This document shows, piece after piece, positions 36,497 to 50,451 of a stretch of 64,000 nucleotides of DNA (the stretch's first letter is position 1; every line of letters begins with the position of its first letter). Position numbers and translations under genes: made by a program. Origin of the DNA: Macrostomum lignano (lineage: Eukaryota); contig NIVC01003250.1 of the NCBI GenBank assembly GCA_002269645.1, forward strand, positions 1-64,000, written 5' to 3'. The notes under the pieces were generated by a model that had not been told where the DNA came from, searched no databases, and saw only the letters and a list, made by a program, of their open reading frames with translations.

Positions 36497-37016
36497 AAGG
36501 ATTAGCAATCCATTCTATTCCTGCATCGATGATGTAGGCTAGATTAGCAATCCATTCTATCCCTGTATCCATGATGTAGGCTAGATTAGCAATCCATTCT
36601 ATTCCTGCACCCATGATGTAGGCTAGATTAGCAATCCATTCTATTCCTGCATCGATGATGTAGGCTAGATTAGCAATCCATTCTATCCCTGTATCCATGA
36701 TGTAGGCTAGATTAGCAATCCATTCAATTCCTGCATCCATGATGTTGGCTAGATTAGCAATCCATTCTATTCCTGCATCCATGATGTAGGCTAGATTAGC
36801 AATCCATTCTATTCCTGCATCCATGATGTAGGCTAGATTAGCAATCCATTCTATTCCTGCATCCATGATGTTGGCTAGATTAGCAATCCATTCTATTCCT
36901 GCATCCATGATGTAGGCTAGATTAGCAATCCATTCTGTTCCTGCATCCATGATGTAGGCTAGATTAGCAATCCATTCTGTTCCTGCATCCATGATGTAGG
37001 CTAGATTAGCAATCCA
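36497..37016 (-). repeat. 42-nt minisatellite (same family as 14113-14345), inverted, ~12 copies
   Basis: Gives the [17 protein letters not shown] on the minus strand. Confidence 0.95.
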
Positions 37017-37614
37017 ACTGTACTCCAACATCCGCGAGCTGTGAAGTAATAATCCATTTACCGCAATCATCCCCCAGCGCTCACAGAAGACCTGCTCAAA
37101 GTACAAAAAAATCCATTTTTGCCCTGAAGATCCGCCCTCAGGCCAGCAGGCATTTCAAGCAGAGTTGAGTATGCTTATGCCAAAGAAAATAAGTTTTCAT
37201 GTGCCGCTTTATGTCGCTCATGAATTATTAATTAGCCGCTTCATCCAGGCCCGAGCAAGGATTGAAATGCGGAACTCCTCAGAAGGGTCAACCGGCAAAG
37301 CAACCTGTGTTCTCTCTGCTACCGAGAGAAGACAGCGGTAGAAGAAAGACAAGGGAGAAAAGTGCTGCGTGGAGTGGAATTCAGATGGGATATTCTCTGT
37401 CTCGTGGGATTTTAAGCTATCGTATAATTAATTTAGCATTATGCGAGCCACACGAACGATAATGATTTATTTCCCAAGCTTGACTTCAACCAGCTAAGAG
37501 TTTTCTCTCTTTTGGCCGGAAAAAATATTCTTGAGATTTGAAGCACGTGATCCTACTATAGTAGTGAGCGGTCACCGGTATGTCCAATCGATTCAAATCG
37601 ATTCAATCGATCCA

Positions 37615-38263
<649 letters not shown>

Positions 38264-38705
38264 GCTTGAGGCACTTGAGGGCAGCCAGTGTCCTGAGCAG
38301 CATGCCCGCAAGAGCTTCATCATTTATCAGCATCACTCCAGCTCTCCAGTCCCTCCATGTCTAACAAACTCGCCTGGAAATTAAATTTCGAACTCAGCTC
38401 AAAAAGCCGGGAACCACGCGAGTTTCTGACGCGGCTCCTGTGCAGCTCAGAGAAGTCTCCAGGAACGCAATAAACCTGTCACATGGGCTCTGCTCCACAA
38501 TTTGATGGGTTCCCCAATCCTAACTTAATTAATCTGGAATGCGAAATCCAGCAGTCAATGCGGCACTAATTATTCATCCCCGGGGCGCTGGGGTGCATGG
38601 GATGAAATAAGTCAGGGATTGTTGACTCCACCGCCTCAGCCTCCACAGGGCAGCGTCTTAACAACTTGATTTTGTCAAGATGGAATGTCAAGCCAAACTA
38701 CCAGT

Positions 38706-40570
38706 AGGAATAGCCTGGATTGCTAACCTAGACTATAGCCTACGGATTAAGGAATAGAATGGATTGCTAATCTATGACTACAGCCTACGGATTAAGGAAT
38801 AGAATGGATTGCTAATCTGTGACTATAACCTACGGATTAAGGAATAGAATGGATTGCTAATCTATGACTGTAACCTACGGATTAAGGAATAGAATGGATT
38901 GCTAATCTGTGACTGTAGCCTACGGATTAAGGAATAGAATGGATTGCTAATCTGTGACAGTAGCCTACAGATTAAGGAATAGAATGGATTGCTAATCTAT
39001 GACTGTAGCCTACGGATTAAGGAATAGAATGGATTGCTAATCTATGACTGTAGCCTACGGATTAAGGAATAGAATGGATTGCTAATCTGTGACAGTAGCC
39101 TACAGATTAAGGAATAGAATGGATTGCTAATCTGTGACAGTAGCCTACGGATTAAGGAATAGAATGGATTGCTAATCTGTGACTATAACCTACGGATTAA
39201 GGAATAGAATGGATTGCTAATCTATGACAGTAGCCTACTGATTAAGGAATAGAATGGATTGCTAATCTATGACTGTAGCCTACGGATTAAGGAATAGAAT
39301 GGATTGCTAATCTATGACTGTAGCCTAAGGATTAAGGAATAGAATGGATTGCTAATCTGTGACTATAACCTACGGATTAAGGAATAGAATGGATTGCTAA
39401 TCTGTGACTATAACCTACGGATTAAGGAATAGAATGGATTGCTAATCTGTGACTATAACCTACGGATTAAGGAATAGAATGGATTGCTAATCTATGACTG
39501 TAGCCTACTGATTAAGGAATAGAATGGATTGCTAATCTATGACTGTAGCCTACGGATTAAGAAATAGAATGGATTGCTAATCTGTGACTATAACCTACGG
39601 ATTAAGGAATAGAATGGATTGCTAATCTGTGACTATAACCTACGGATTAAGAAATAGAATGGATTGCTAATCTGTGACTATAACCTACGGATTAAGGAAT
39701 AGAATGGATTGCTAATCTGTGACTATAACCTACGGATTAAGGAATAGAATGGATTGCTAATCTGTGACAGTAGCCTACGGATTAAGGAATAGAATGGATT
39801 GCTAATCTGTGACTATAACCTACGGATTAAGAAATAGAATGGATTGCTAATCTATGACTGTAGCCTACTGATTAAGGAATAGAATGGATTGCTAATCTGT
39901 GACTATAACCTACGGATTAAGGAATAGAATGGATTGCTAATCTATGACTGTAGCCTACTGATTAAGGAATAGAATGGATTGCTAATCTATGACTGTAGCC
40001 TACGGATTAAGGAATAGAATGGATTGCTAATCTATGACTGTAGCCTACGGATTAAGGAATAGAATTGATTGCTAATCTATGACTGTAGCCTACTGATTAA
40101 GGAATAGAATGGATTGCTAATCTGTGACTATAACCTACGGATTAAGGAATAGAATGGATTGCTAATCTATGACTGTAGCCTACTGATTAAGGAATAGAAT
40201 GGATTGCTAATCTATGACTGTAGCCTACGGATTAAGGAATAGAATGGATTGCTAATCTATGACTGTAGCCTACGGATTAAGGAATAGAATTGATTGCTAA
40301 TCTGTGACAGTAGCCTACAGATTAAGGAATAGAATGGATTGCTAATCTATGACTGTAGCCTAAGGATTAAGGAATAGAATGGATTGCTAATCTATGACTG
40401 TAGCCTACGGATTAAGGAATAGAATGGATTGCTAATCTATGACTGTAGCCTACGGATTAAGGAATAGAATGGATTGCTAATCTATGACTGTAGCCTACGG
40501 ATTAAGGAATAGAATGGATTGCTAATCTATGACTGTAGCCTACTGATTAAGGAATATGGATAGAATGGAT
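38706..40570 (+). repeat. 45-nt minisatellite (~41 copies), related to the 42-nt family
   Basis: GGAATAGAATGGATTGCTAATCTATGACTGTAGCCTACGGATTAA. Confidence 0.97.
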
Positions 40571-41145
40571 TGACCTACGATGTAGAGAGTATCCACGCGA
40601 GCCTCCGTACATACACTGAAATCTTTCTTTAGCAGCCATATTGCACTCCGGTGGCTGGCATTAATTCTTGCCTGCAGAAAGGAGCCGGAGTCTCTCTGTC
40701 TCGCTCTCTTCAATCGAGTCTTCTGCAGAGACTTCCTTCCGTCCGTGCTATTTTTGCTGGCGCCGTTCCTTCTGACTGGGATTTTTTCACTTACCCGGAA
40801 AATGATGATGCCGCAGGAGTCTCTAAGGACCTGGCGGCTGCTGCTGCTGCTCCGCCTTTTACAGCCTTCGGCGCTTCTTTGTAGGAGCAGCAAAAATGAA
40901 ATGACACGCGAAAGGAGAATTAGTGCCTCAGGCAAGAGCCCAGCTCTGGTTACTCCTTCAGCTCTCATGCTCCCGAAATCCTCGGAGACCCGAACGGCGC
41001 CGCCCCTCTGGTGCACCGAGCCGCTCGCGATCCGGCTGATGCCTGTCTGACACTTGCCTCATTTTTTCCTGCTTCTAAGGGGAATTAGATTTTTCTGCTG
41101 GCAAAATTGCTTTTGCATTTTTAGCGCATATCTGCGGGCTGTCCT

Positions 41146-41552
41146 ACTTATCCTATCCCATCGTATCCTATCCTATCCTATCCTATCCTATCTTATCCTA
41201 TCCTATCCTATCCTTCCTATTTTTACAATATCCTATCCTATCCTATCCTATCCTGTCCTATCCCATCCTTCCTATTTTTACAATATCCTATCCTATCCTA
41301 TCCTGTCCTATCCTATCCTTCCTATTTTTACAATATCCTATCCTATCCTATCCTATCCTGTCCTATCCCATCCTTCCTATTTTTACAATATCCTATCCTA
41401 TCCTATCCTGTCCTGTCCTATCCTATCCTATCCTTTCCTATTCTATCTTATCCTATCCTATCCTATTCTACAATATCCAATCCTATGCCATCCTATTCTA
41501 TACTGTCCTATCCTACCCTATCCTATTCTACAATATCCTATCCTATACTGCC
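41146..41552. repeat. (TCCTA)n-based repeat
   Basis: Direct inspection. Confidence 0.93.
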
Positions 41553-42535
41553 CCACCTTTGAGAGATTTCAATCTGGACAGAATATTGAAGTGGAGATTG
41601 CGATCAGCCTGTTGTGTTTTTCTCTCCCCCCAGCCCAGCCAGCGGCACGCAGCTGCTCTATCCGGCGGGAGGACAGAGATTGATTTTGTTTCATTGCCAT
41701 GGCTAACCGAAGAGAATTCCTCGAATCGAGGAGCTCTCTTGACCGGGCCCGGGGCCCTGCGGATCATAAAATGTCCGACTGTCCCCGTTGCCTCATTCTC
41801 TCCGGCCAATAAATTTGCTTTCAGCAGGTTGGCTACACTGAGAGCTTGAGCGATAATACGAATATGATGCCCAGACAAGGACATCTAAAGCTCCGTGGGG
41901 GGGGGGGATAGTTCCAGATCTCCATGACCAAGATCAGCTCCCGCCTAGCTGGCAGGCGGCAGATACGGCAGGCATTATCCACTCAGCCCTGCTCTAAATC
42001 CGCTCAGCCGCGGGGTCGCCTGAGGAGGAAGCTCTGGCTGTCTTAAAACAACACGCGCTCACACAGCACTGCCTGGAACCAAGCGACACAGGGAGACACA
42101 GAAAGTTCTGCCCCATCGCCACCCAGCACTAAAGCTCGCATCGATCCCGCCCTGTCTGGCCGGTTTCACACTTCTGTGACGGAATTTTCAGCTACAGGGC
42201 TAAGGAAGCGCAGCGTATAGCGCAGCCATGCAAGAATGCGATCGCTGGGGAACGGGCTCATAATGAGGATCATTCGCTCAGGGCGGAGAGAGAGGGGTCT
42301 CCCCTAGAAGCAGCAGCACCAGCCAATCTGCTGATTGCAGCCTCCCTTCTTTCCACCTTCTCCCTCCAATAATTTCTCAACGCTTTCTCCAAGCCCATTT
42401 CCAAACTGAGCGCTGCTGTCCGTCACTCACTGGCTCAGCTTGTCAGACTGTATTTAAGCAGACCCACAGTTGGCAGACTCAACCAGACAATCCCATCCTG
42501 CTCTTCTCGCGCACAGCACAACAGAGACAGAGCCG

Positions 42536-42942
42536 ATGCAGTCCAAAACCAACGGCGGCGGCGGCGGCGGCAGCGGCGATGGAAACGCGGCAACGTCGCA
42601 CAACACGGACCGGGAGACCAGACTCAGTCTGGGAGTCGAACTCGCGCCCATCTCTCCGCTGGAGCTGCTGAACGGCGGCAGCAGCGGCAAGCTGGGCGAC
42701 GGGTCCGATGGCGACGAGCTGCTGACGCCGGACCCGCCAACAGTGGTGATCGACTCCGAGGACAGCCCGCCGACGGCCAAGCAGAAGCGGATCGCCAGAG
42801 TGGTCATGGCGGTGGCCTTCGTGCTGCTGGCCATGTGCGTCATCCTGGTTGGCGTCACGCTGTCCATGTCTGACCACATCGATGATCTGGGTGAGCGAGG
42901 CTTGCGGCTCATTGTGGCTGATAGGGGTGTCAACAGATAAAC

Positions 42943-42993
<51 letters not shown>

Positions 42994-43759
42994 CAGATAA
43001 ACACACAGAGGCAGATAAACACACAGAGAGGCAGATAAACACACAGAGGCAGATAAACACACAGAGAGGCAGATAAACACACAGAGGCAGATAAACACAC
43101 AGAGGCAGATAAACACACAGAGAGGCAGATAAACACACACAGAGGCAGATAAACACACAGAGAGGCAGATAAACACACAGAGGCAGATAAACACAGAGAG
43201 GCAGATAAACACACAGAGAGGCAGATAAACACAGAGAGGCAGACCAACACACAGAGGCAGATAAACACACACAGAGAGGCAGATAAGCACACAGAGAGGC
43301 AGATAAACACACAGAGGCAGATAAACACACAGAGGCAGATAAACACACAGAGAGGCAGATAAACACACAGAGAGGCAGATAAACACACAGAGAGGCAGAT
43401 AAACACATAGAGAGGCAGATAAACACACAGAGAGGCAGATAAACACACAGAGAGGCAGATAAACACACAGAGAGGCAGATAAACACACAGAGAGGCAGAT
43501 AAACACACAGAGAGGCAGATAAACACACAGAGGCAGATAAACACACAGAGAGGCAGATAAACACACAGAGAGGCAGATAAACACACAGAGAGGCAGATAA
43601 ACACACATAGAGGCAGGTCAGAGGTGCTGCACTCGGCCCGCCAATTTTCCAGTTCGGAAGGCGCAGCTCAAAGACAAGGGCGACCGTCAGCCGCAGCAGC
43701 ATCAGCAGCCGGTGCTTGAGAACGCCACAGTCTCAGTTGCAGCTGGCATAAGCGACTGA
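42536..43759 (+). CDS. Small single-pass (probably type II) membrane protein, 2 exons
   Basis: Exon 42536-42890 (MQSKTNGGGG...KQKRIARVVMAVAFVLLAMCVILVGVTLSMSDHIDDL, donor G|GTGAGC) joins in phase 1 to 43653-43759 (acceptor TTTTCCAG; VRKAQLKDKGDRQPQQHQQPVLENATVSVAAGISD*). The start may lie upstream of 42536. Confidence 0.75.
42937..43612. repeat. (GA)n plus GAGGCAGATAAACACACA(GA) minisatellite, intron of the membrane-protein gene
   Basis: Direct inspection. Confidence 0.95.
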
Positions 43760-44039
43760 GCAGTTTGCGGTGGTGTCTCGGTCTGGCAATTTCTCCTTGC
43801 CATCTTTATTTGTCGGACTGTGCCCTCCAACTGTAACTGAATCGAGCTCGCGTCTACTGCATGCCATTCTGTTTGATTTCAAAACGCTGCTGTGCTGCCT
43901 GCGGATATGAGAAAATGGTTTAGGGTCCACTGACACAGCGGCAAGTCTACCTGACACAGAAACAGACTTTATAATCCTTAAGCGGGAAATACATTTCCCG
44001 GATGTATTTCCTATGGACAGATATAACTATTCTATAGCT

Positions 44040-44345
44040 CCTACTGACACAGGCATTGATCCTACTGACACAGATAATGATACTACTGACAGATAGTGAT
44101 CCTATTGACACAGATAGCGATCCTACTGACACAGATAGTGATCCTACTAACACAGATAGTGATCCTACTGACACAGATAGTGATCCCACTGATACAGATA
44201 GTGATCCTACTAACACAGATAGTGATCCTACTGACACAGATATTGATCCTATTGACACAGATAGCGATCCTACTGACAGATAGTGATACTACTGACACAG
44301 ATAGTGATCCTACTGAAACAGATAGTGATCCTACTGATACATAGA
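44040..44345. repeat. 21-nt minisatellite (GACACAGATAGTGATCCTACT)
   Basis: Direct inspection. Confidence 0.93.
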
Positions 44346-45036
44346 TCAACTATAGCACCCACTGACCCTCCTGACACAGCCCCATCACTTCCGCCGGACC
44401 CTGAAGCAATTATTGTAATTCAATCTGCCAGCAGAACTTCAGCATGCAAGCAATTTGTATTTGATTTCTTCAAATTCATTTTTTCGTTCTTCTTGCCTTG
44501 AATACGAGAAGCAGACACAATATAAATGTTCTCTGTTTCCGGAATAAGAATAACACACTGCTGCAAGCCATGTTAGAAATGATATTTTTTGTTAATCTGC
44601 TTCAATATTTCACGCTGAATTTTTGCTATACTTTTCTGTGCTGTCATTCGCCTGTCTGCCTGAGTTCGTCCGCCTTTGAAGCTCTTTTGTTCTCTTGTCT
44701 GCGAGTTTATATTTTTCATTGTTTGCGTCTGTCGTATGAGCTGTCGCGGTTGTCAACTGTTTTAACAATAACTGCAAATATTTCAACCCCCCCTCTTACA
44801 CAAAAATAATCTGATTGGCTTTGTAAATTATTTGCATTTACCTGCAAGTCGAATATTTATTAAATAAGTATCTGAGCTACTACCCCCACTCATGCACATC
44901 TTTTCCTTGTGTTCTTCTTCCCTTCGATAAGGGGAGATTAAAAAATTGTCCGTTCTGGCTTTAGACTCTTTGTTTTGTAATTCTGCTATGATACTAATCT
45001 TAAACTCTTTGTCTAGGCACCTTTTCTAGTCTCTCT

Positions 45037-45422
45037 CCTAATCCCGATCTAATCCCGATCTAATCCAACTCTAATCCCAATCTAATCCTAATCTAATCCC
45101 AATCTAATCCCAATCTAATTCCAATCTAATCCCAGTATATTCCGATATAATCCCAATCTAATCCCAATCTAGATCTAGATCTAATTACAGTCTAATCCGA
45201 TCTAATCCCGATCTAATCCTGATCTAATCCAACTCTAATCTAACTTTAATCCTAATCTAATCCCAATCTAATATGATCTAATTTAGATCTATAATTACAG
45301 TCTAATCCGATCTAATCCTGATCTAATCCTGATCTAATCCTGATCTAATCCTGATCTAATCCCACTCTAATCTAACTCTAATCCTAATCTAATCCCGATC
45401 TAGTCCAAAACTAATCCCGATC
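45037..45422. repeat. Degenerate ATCTAATCCC repeat
   Basis: Direct inspection. Confidence 0.85.
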
Positions 45423-46095
45423 TACCTTGATGTAACCAAATTTTTTCTCCCTTTCCATTTCAGTTCTAAACTACGCTTGTATATTGTTGCAGCTTTTCTC
45501 ATTTCCTACCCTCGCGATCCCAGTACAGCTCTATTATTCCGTATTTCAGCGTATTGCACTTGGTTGGACTATAACTACTGTATACTAAGACTACTTCTTT
45601 TAGAAGTGAGCCCACGAGCGCAGAATAAAAGCTTGAATGCTGTGTTTAGTCTCGTAATTTTTCCAGAAAAGTTATTTTCTGGGAAACTTCGAACCCATCC
45701 CAATCTAAGAGTCCAGCAAGAGAAAGAAGAAAGGATATCGAACTCGTGTGTGCTGCACGCACCGCTTGCAGTCGTAGTTAATCTATTCATCTCTCCCCTC
45801 TTCCGTATTTCTGGCAGAGCTCACTCGCTCGAATAGATCCCCAACAGATCAGTTGATAGCAAAAATAACGATTCGCGTTGAGAAATCTAATAAGTTCTCC
45901 CATTCAGTTTAGTTTCAGCCTAGTATCCCTCAGCATGTCAGTTCGTGACAGACTAAAGTACAAACTAGAACGCTACACTTGTGCAAATCGTTTAATTGAA
46001 TCTCATTAGAGAATGGTTTTTACCTCTGTGAAATGCATAGGTGAGATGGGAAGCGCTGAATTCTCAATGTCTCTCTCTACCTTCCCATAGACAAA

Positions 46096-47822
46096 GCTGA
46101 GATGCTCAGTCTCACGGGCTGAGTTGCTAAGATGCTCAGTCTCACGGGCTGAGTTGCTGAGATGCTAAGTCTCATGGTGGGGGGAGTTGCTGAGATGCTC
46201 AGTCTCATGGTGGGGGGAGTTGCTGAGATGTTCAGTCTCATGGTGGGGGGAGTTGCTGAGATGCTCAGTCTCACGGGGTGAGTTGCTGAGATGCTCAGTC
46301 TCATGCTGGGGGGAGTTGCTGAGATGCTCAGTCTCACGGGGTGAGTTGCTGAGATGTTCAGTCTCACGGGAGAGTTGCTGAGATGCTCAGTCTCATGCTG
46401 GGGGGAGTTGCTGAGATGCTCAGTCTCACGGGGTGAGTTGCTGAGATGTTCAGTCTCACGGGAGAGTTGCTGAGATGCTCAGTCTCATGCTGGGGGGAGT
46501 TGCTGAGATGCTCAGTCTCACGGGGTGAGTTGCTGAGATGTTCAGTCTCACGGGAGAGTTGCTGAGATGCTCAGTCTCATGGTGGGGGGAGTTGCTGAGA
46601 TGCTCAGTCTCATGGTGGGGGGAGTTGCTGAGATGTTCAGTCTCACGGGAGAGTTGCTGAAATGCTCAGTCTCAGTCTTACGGGAGAGTTGCTGAGATGC
46701 TCAGTCTCATGGTGGGGGGAGTTGCTGAGATGTTCAGTCTCATGGTGGGGGGAGTTGCTGAGATGCTCAGTCTCACGGGGTGAGTTGCTGAGATGCTCAG
46801 TCTCATGCTGGGGGGGAGTTGCTGAGATGCTCAGTCTCACGGGGTGAGTTGCTGAGATGTTCAGTCTCACGGGAGAGTTGCTGAGATGCTCAGTCTCATG
46901 CTGGGGGGAGTTGCTGAGATGCTCAGTCTCACGGGGTGAGTTGCTGAGATGTTCAGTCTCACGGGAGAGTTGCTGAGATGCTCAGTCTCATGGTGGGGGG
47001 AGTTGCTGAGATGCTCAGTCTCACGGGGTGAGTTGCTGAGATGTTCAGTCTCACGGGAGAGTTGCTGAGATGCTCAGTCTCATGCTGGGGGGAATTGCTG
47101 AGATGCTCAGTCTCACGGGGTGAGTTGCTGAGATGTTCAGTCTCACGGGAGAGTTGCTGAGATGCTCAGTCTCATGGTGGGGGAGTTGCTGAGATGCTCA
47201 GTCTCATGGTGGGGGAGTTGCTGAGATGCTCAGTTTCATGCTGGGGGGGAGTTGCTGAGATGCTCAGTCTCACGGGGTGAGTTGCTGAGATGTTCAGTCT
47301 CACGGGAGAGTTGCTGAGATGCTCAGTCTCATGGTGGGGGGAGTTGCTGAGATGCTCAGTCTCACGGGGTGAGTTGCTGAGATGCTCAGTCTCACGGGAG
47401 AGTTGCTGAGATGCTCAGTCTCATGGTGGGGGGAGTTGCTGAGATGTTCAGTCTCACGAGAGAGTTGCTGAGATGCTCAGTCTCATGGTCGGGAGGAGTT
47501 GCTGAGATGCTCAGACTCATCGTCGGGAGGAGTTGCTGAGATGCTCAGTCTCATGGTCGGGAGGAGTTGCTGAGATGTTCAGTCTCACGGGAGAGTTGCT
47601 GAGATGCTCAGTCTCACGGGAGAGTTGCTGAGATGCTCAGTCTCAGTCTTATGGGAGGAGTTGCTGAGATGCTCAGTCTCACGGGGGAGTCGCTGAAATG
47701 CTCAGTCTCACGGGGGAGTTGCTGAGATGCTCAGTCTCACGGGGGAGTTGCTGCGACACTCAGTCTCACGGGGGAGTTGCTGTAAAGCTCAGTCTCAGTC
47801 TCACGGGAGAGTTGCTGAGATT
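46096..47822. repeat. Compound minisatellite GAGTTGCTGAGATG(C/T)TCAGTCTCA + variable G-rich linker
   Basis: Constant 24-nt core with alternating linkers (CGGGA, CGGGGT, TGGTGGGGG, TGCTGGGGG). Confidence 0.95.
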
Positions 47823-48275
47823 CCATGGCTCAACTGAGTATTTCTGGTAGGCCCAACATCAAAGGAGGAGGTAAGTTAGGCCCTGGATTACGGGAAGTTA
47901 CTGAAATGCCATCTGTCAAGAGGAAGCTTTGATCCCAAAGCTCACAGGGAATGCTGATAATGAGGCCAGTTGATAAATGTGAAAACAGAAAACAGTTATG
48001 ATCATAGAGCCGTATTGCAAACTGTGTAATTATTACTGTCAAGTATTTTTAAAGAATCAACCAGCAGAGCTTGGAAGCAGTGCAACTCATCTCTCCCTCA
48101 GAGAAGCTACCTGTGTTCAGGGTGACAATTACCTGTGCAAAAATTTCTAAAGCGAAATTACTAAGAAAAACTCGTTGCAAAAGAAACAAAGATCAACCGT
48201 CGGGCAACTACAAAAAGAAGTTTGTCGTGAGTTTTTCATCGTGTTCTGATAATAAATTCGATCATTGAAGAGAGC

Positions 48276-50451
48276 TCAACTGGCGATTGCCTCTTTCGGC
48301 AGCTCGATGGCCGCCACGACAGGTGCGGCTTGCTGCTGCTGCTGCTGCTGCTGTTGCTGTTGTTGAAGCTGCGGCTGCTGCCAGGGCCGCAGGATCTCCT
48401 CGATGCTGCCGCGGCCGAAAACTTCGCCCAAAGGCAGCCGATGGTCGCGCACGAAGCGCAGAGTGTCGCGCAGCTGCTTGGTGTAGGCGGATGGGCGCTC
48501 CTGGGCCGGGCAGGGGCTGAAAAACTTCACCAGCTTGTCGTCTGGCATGCTGATCAGAAAGTCCAGTGACAGCCCGCCCGCCTGCGGCTGCCGGTAGGAG
48601 AACGGCTCGATGACGAGGCGCTGCGGCAGGCCCGAGTCGTACACGCAGGCCGGGCCCGACTGGCTGCTCAGGAAGCGGGCGCCGCGCAGGGCCGCCCAGG
48701 GCCCGCGGTCCTCGAACTCGGCCGGTGTCAGGCGAGCTCGGCGCACGCAGAAGGCGACGCCCTGGAATAATTAATTGGAGGACGGCGCTTAACCGGAACT
48801 GGCTGCGACGGAAGTCAATGAAAAACCGGAAATGGCTGCGACGAAAGTCAATGAAAAACCGGAAATGGCTGTGACGGAGGTCAATGAAGAACCAGAAATG
48901 GCTGTGACGGAGGTCAATGAAGAACCAGAAATGGCTGTGACGGAGGTCAATGAAGAACCGGAAACGTCTGTGACGGAGGTCAATGAAGAACCGGAAATGA
49001 CCGTGACGGAAGTCAATGAAAAACCGGAAATGGCTGTGACGGAGGTCAATGAAGAACCAGAAATGGCTGTGACGGAGGTCAATGAAGAACCGGAAACGTC
49101 TGTGACGGAGGTCAATGAAGAACCGGAAATGACCGCGACAGAAGTCAATGAAGAACCAGATTTGGCTGTGACGAAAGTTAATGAAGAACCGGAAATGGCT
49201 GTGACGGAGGATAAAAAACTGAAACAACTACGCCAAATTGATCCCTTTGATCCCCACCTGGATGATGGGGTAGGCCGTGTCGTCAATGACGCGGCTGTTG
49301 ACGTGAGCCACGCAGGCAGTGCGCAGATGAAACTCAAACGGCGAGGACTGCATCGCCAGCAAGAGGTCGCCGGTGAGGCGCATCGTTTCCAGCGCCGGGT
49401 CCTGAAAGCCGCCGACCAGGTGGGCGTCCAGCTGGAGTCCGAGGCGGCTCTGACGGCTCAGCGGCTGTAGCGGCGACTGGCGAAGCATGCGTTCGATGCA
49501 GGTCTGCGGGTGGGCGGAGGTTGAGTCGCGGATAGAGCGCCGCAGTGTCAGGGGAGGTAAGGGAGTGTCAGGGGAGGTGGGGGAGTGTCAGGGGAGGTAG
49601 GGGAGTGTCAGGGGAGGTGGGAAAGTGTCAGGGGAGGTGAGGGAGTGTCAGAGGAGGTAGGGGAGTGTCAGGGGAGGTGGGAGAGTGTCAGGGGAGGTAG
49701 GGGAGTGTCAGGGGAGGTGAGGGAGTGTCAGAGGAGGTAGGGGAGTGTTAGGGGAGGTAGGGGAGTGTCAGGGGAGGTGGGGAGTGTCAGGGGAGGTATG
49801 GGAGTGTCAGGGGAGGTGGGGGAGTGTCAGGGGAGGTATGGGAGTGTCAGGGGAGGTAGGGGAGTGTCAGGGGAGGTAGGGGAGTGTTAGGGGAGGTAGG
49901 GGAGTGTCAGGGGAGGTAGGGGAGTGTCAGGGGAGGTAGGGGAGTGTCAGGGGAGGTAGGGGAGTATCAGGGGAGGTAGGGGAGTGTCAGGGGAGGTAGG
50001 GGAGTGTCAGGGGAGGTAGGGGAGAACGTCAAGAGAGTCTTAGTGAGATCAAAAAAGTAATGAAGGAAAATTATAGTCTAGTGAGTCTTGATGCAGACAG
50101 CAAATGGCAGATGCGGCTCACCTTGATGAAGGCGCCAGCTCCGCAGCCGTCATATTTCAGCATGCAGGTGTCGCCATTTGAGATGCGCCTGAGCACGAGG
50201 ACAAGGCAGCTGGTGGCTCCATCGCTGCCCAGAGTTCTGACGCAGGGATCACAAGAGCTCACGACAGCCATCTCGCGCTGGTGAAGGTACAACAAGCCGT
50301 CCTGCTGGCCCGTGAACCTCTTCACGGCCATGCTCTTGAGCTGGTTGGCAGCGGTGACTAAGGCCATGTTTGAACTGATTAGCATGTACACCTGCTCGGG
50401 GTTGGACAGGATTTCGGAGGACACGGGCTTGGCTCGAATTAGCAGAACCAT
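48276..50451 (-). CDS. NTAN1: Protein N-terminal asparagine amidohydrolase-like (diverged; catalytic His replaced by Lys)
   Basis: Exons 50451-50122, 49503-49258, 48761-48276 (phase 0,0). Motifs GLLYLHQREMAV, LGSDGATSCLVLVLR, LDAHLVGGFQD, FHLRTACV, YPIIQGVA, DRGP..ALRGAR match the NTAN1 (N_Asn_amidohyd) layout as recalled. Confidence 0.88.
48805..49210. repeat. 33-nt minisatellite in NTAN1-like intron 2
   Basis: ATGGCTGTGACGGAGGTCAATGAAGAACCAGAA units. Confidence 0.93.
49546..50025. repeat. 20-nt G-rich minisatellite (GGGGAGTGTCAGGGGAGGTA) in NTAN1-like intron 1
   Basis: Direct inspection. Confidence 0.95.

Noticed and set aside
38706-40570. CRISPR-like look of the 45-nt array (and 46096-47822): constant core plus variable part
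   Set aside because: The variable parts differ only by point changes or recur many times; there are no unique spacers or cas genes, and the context is eukaryotic.
48832-49470. 212-aa plus-strand MAVTEVNEEPE repeat protein
   Set aside because: It is an intronic 33-nt array running into the antisense of NTAN1-like exon 2; there is no independent evidence of a gene.
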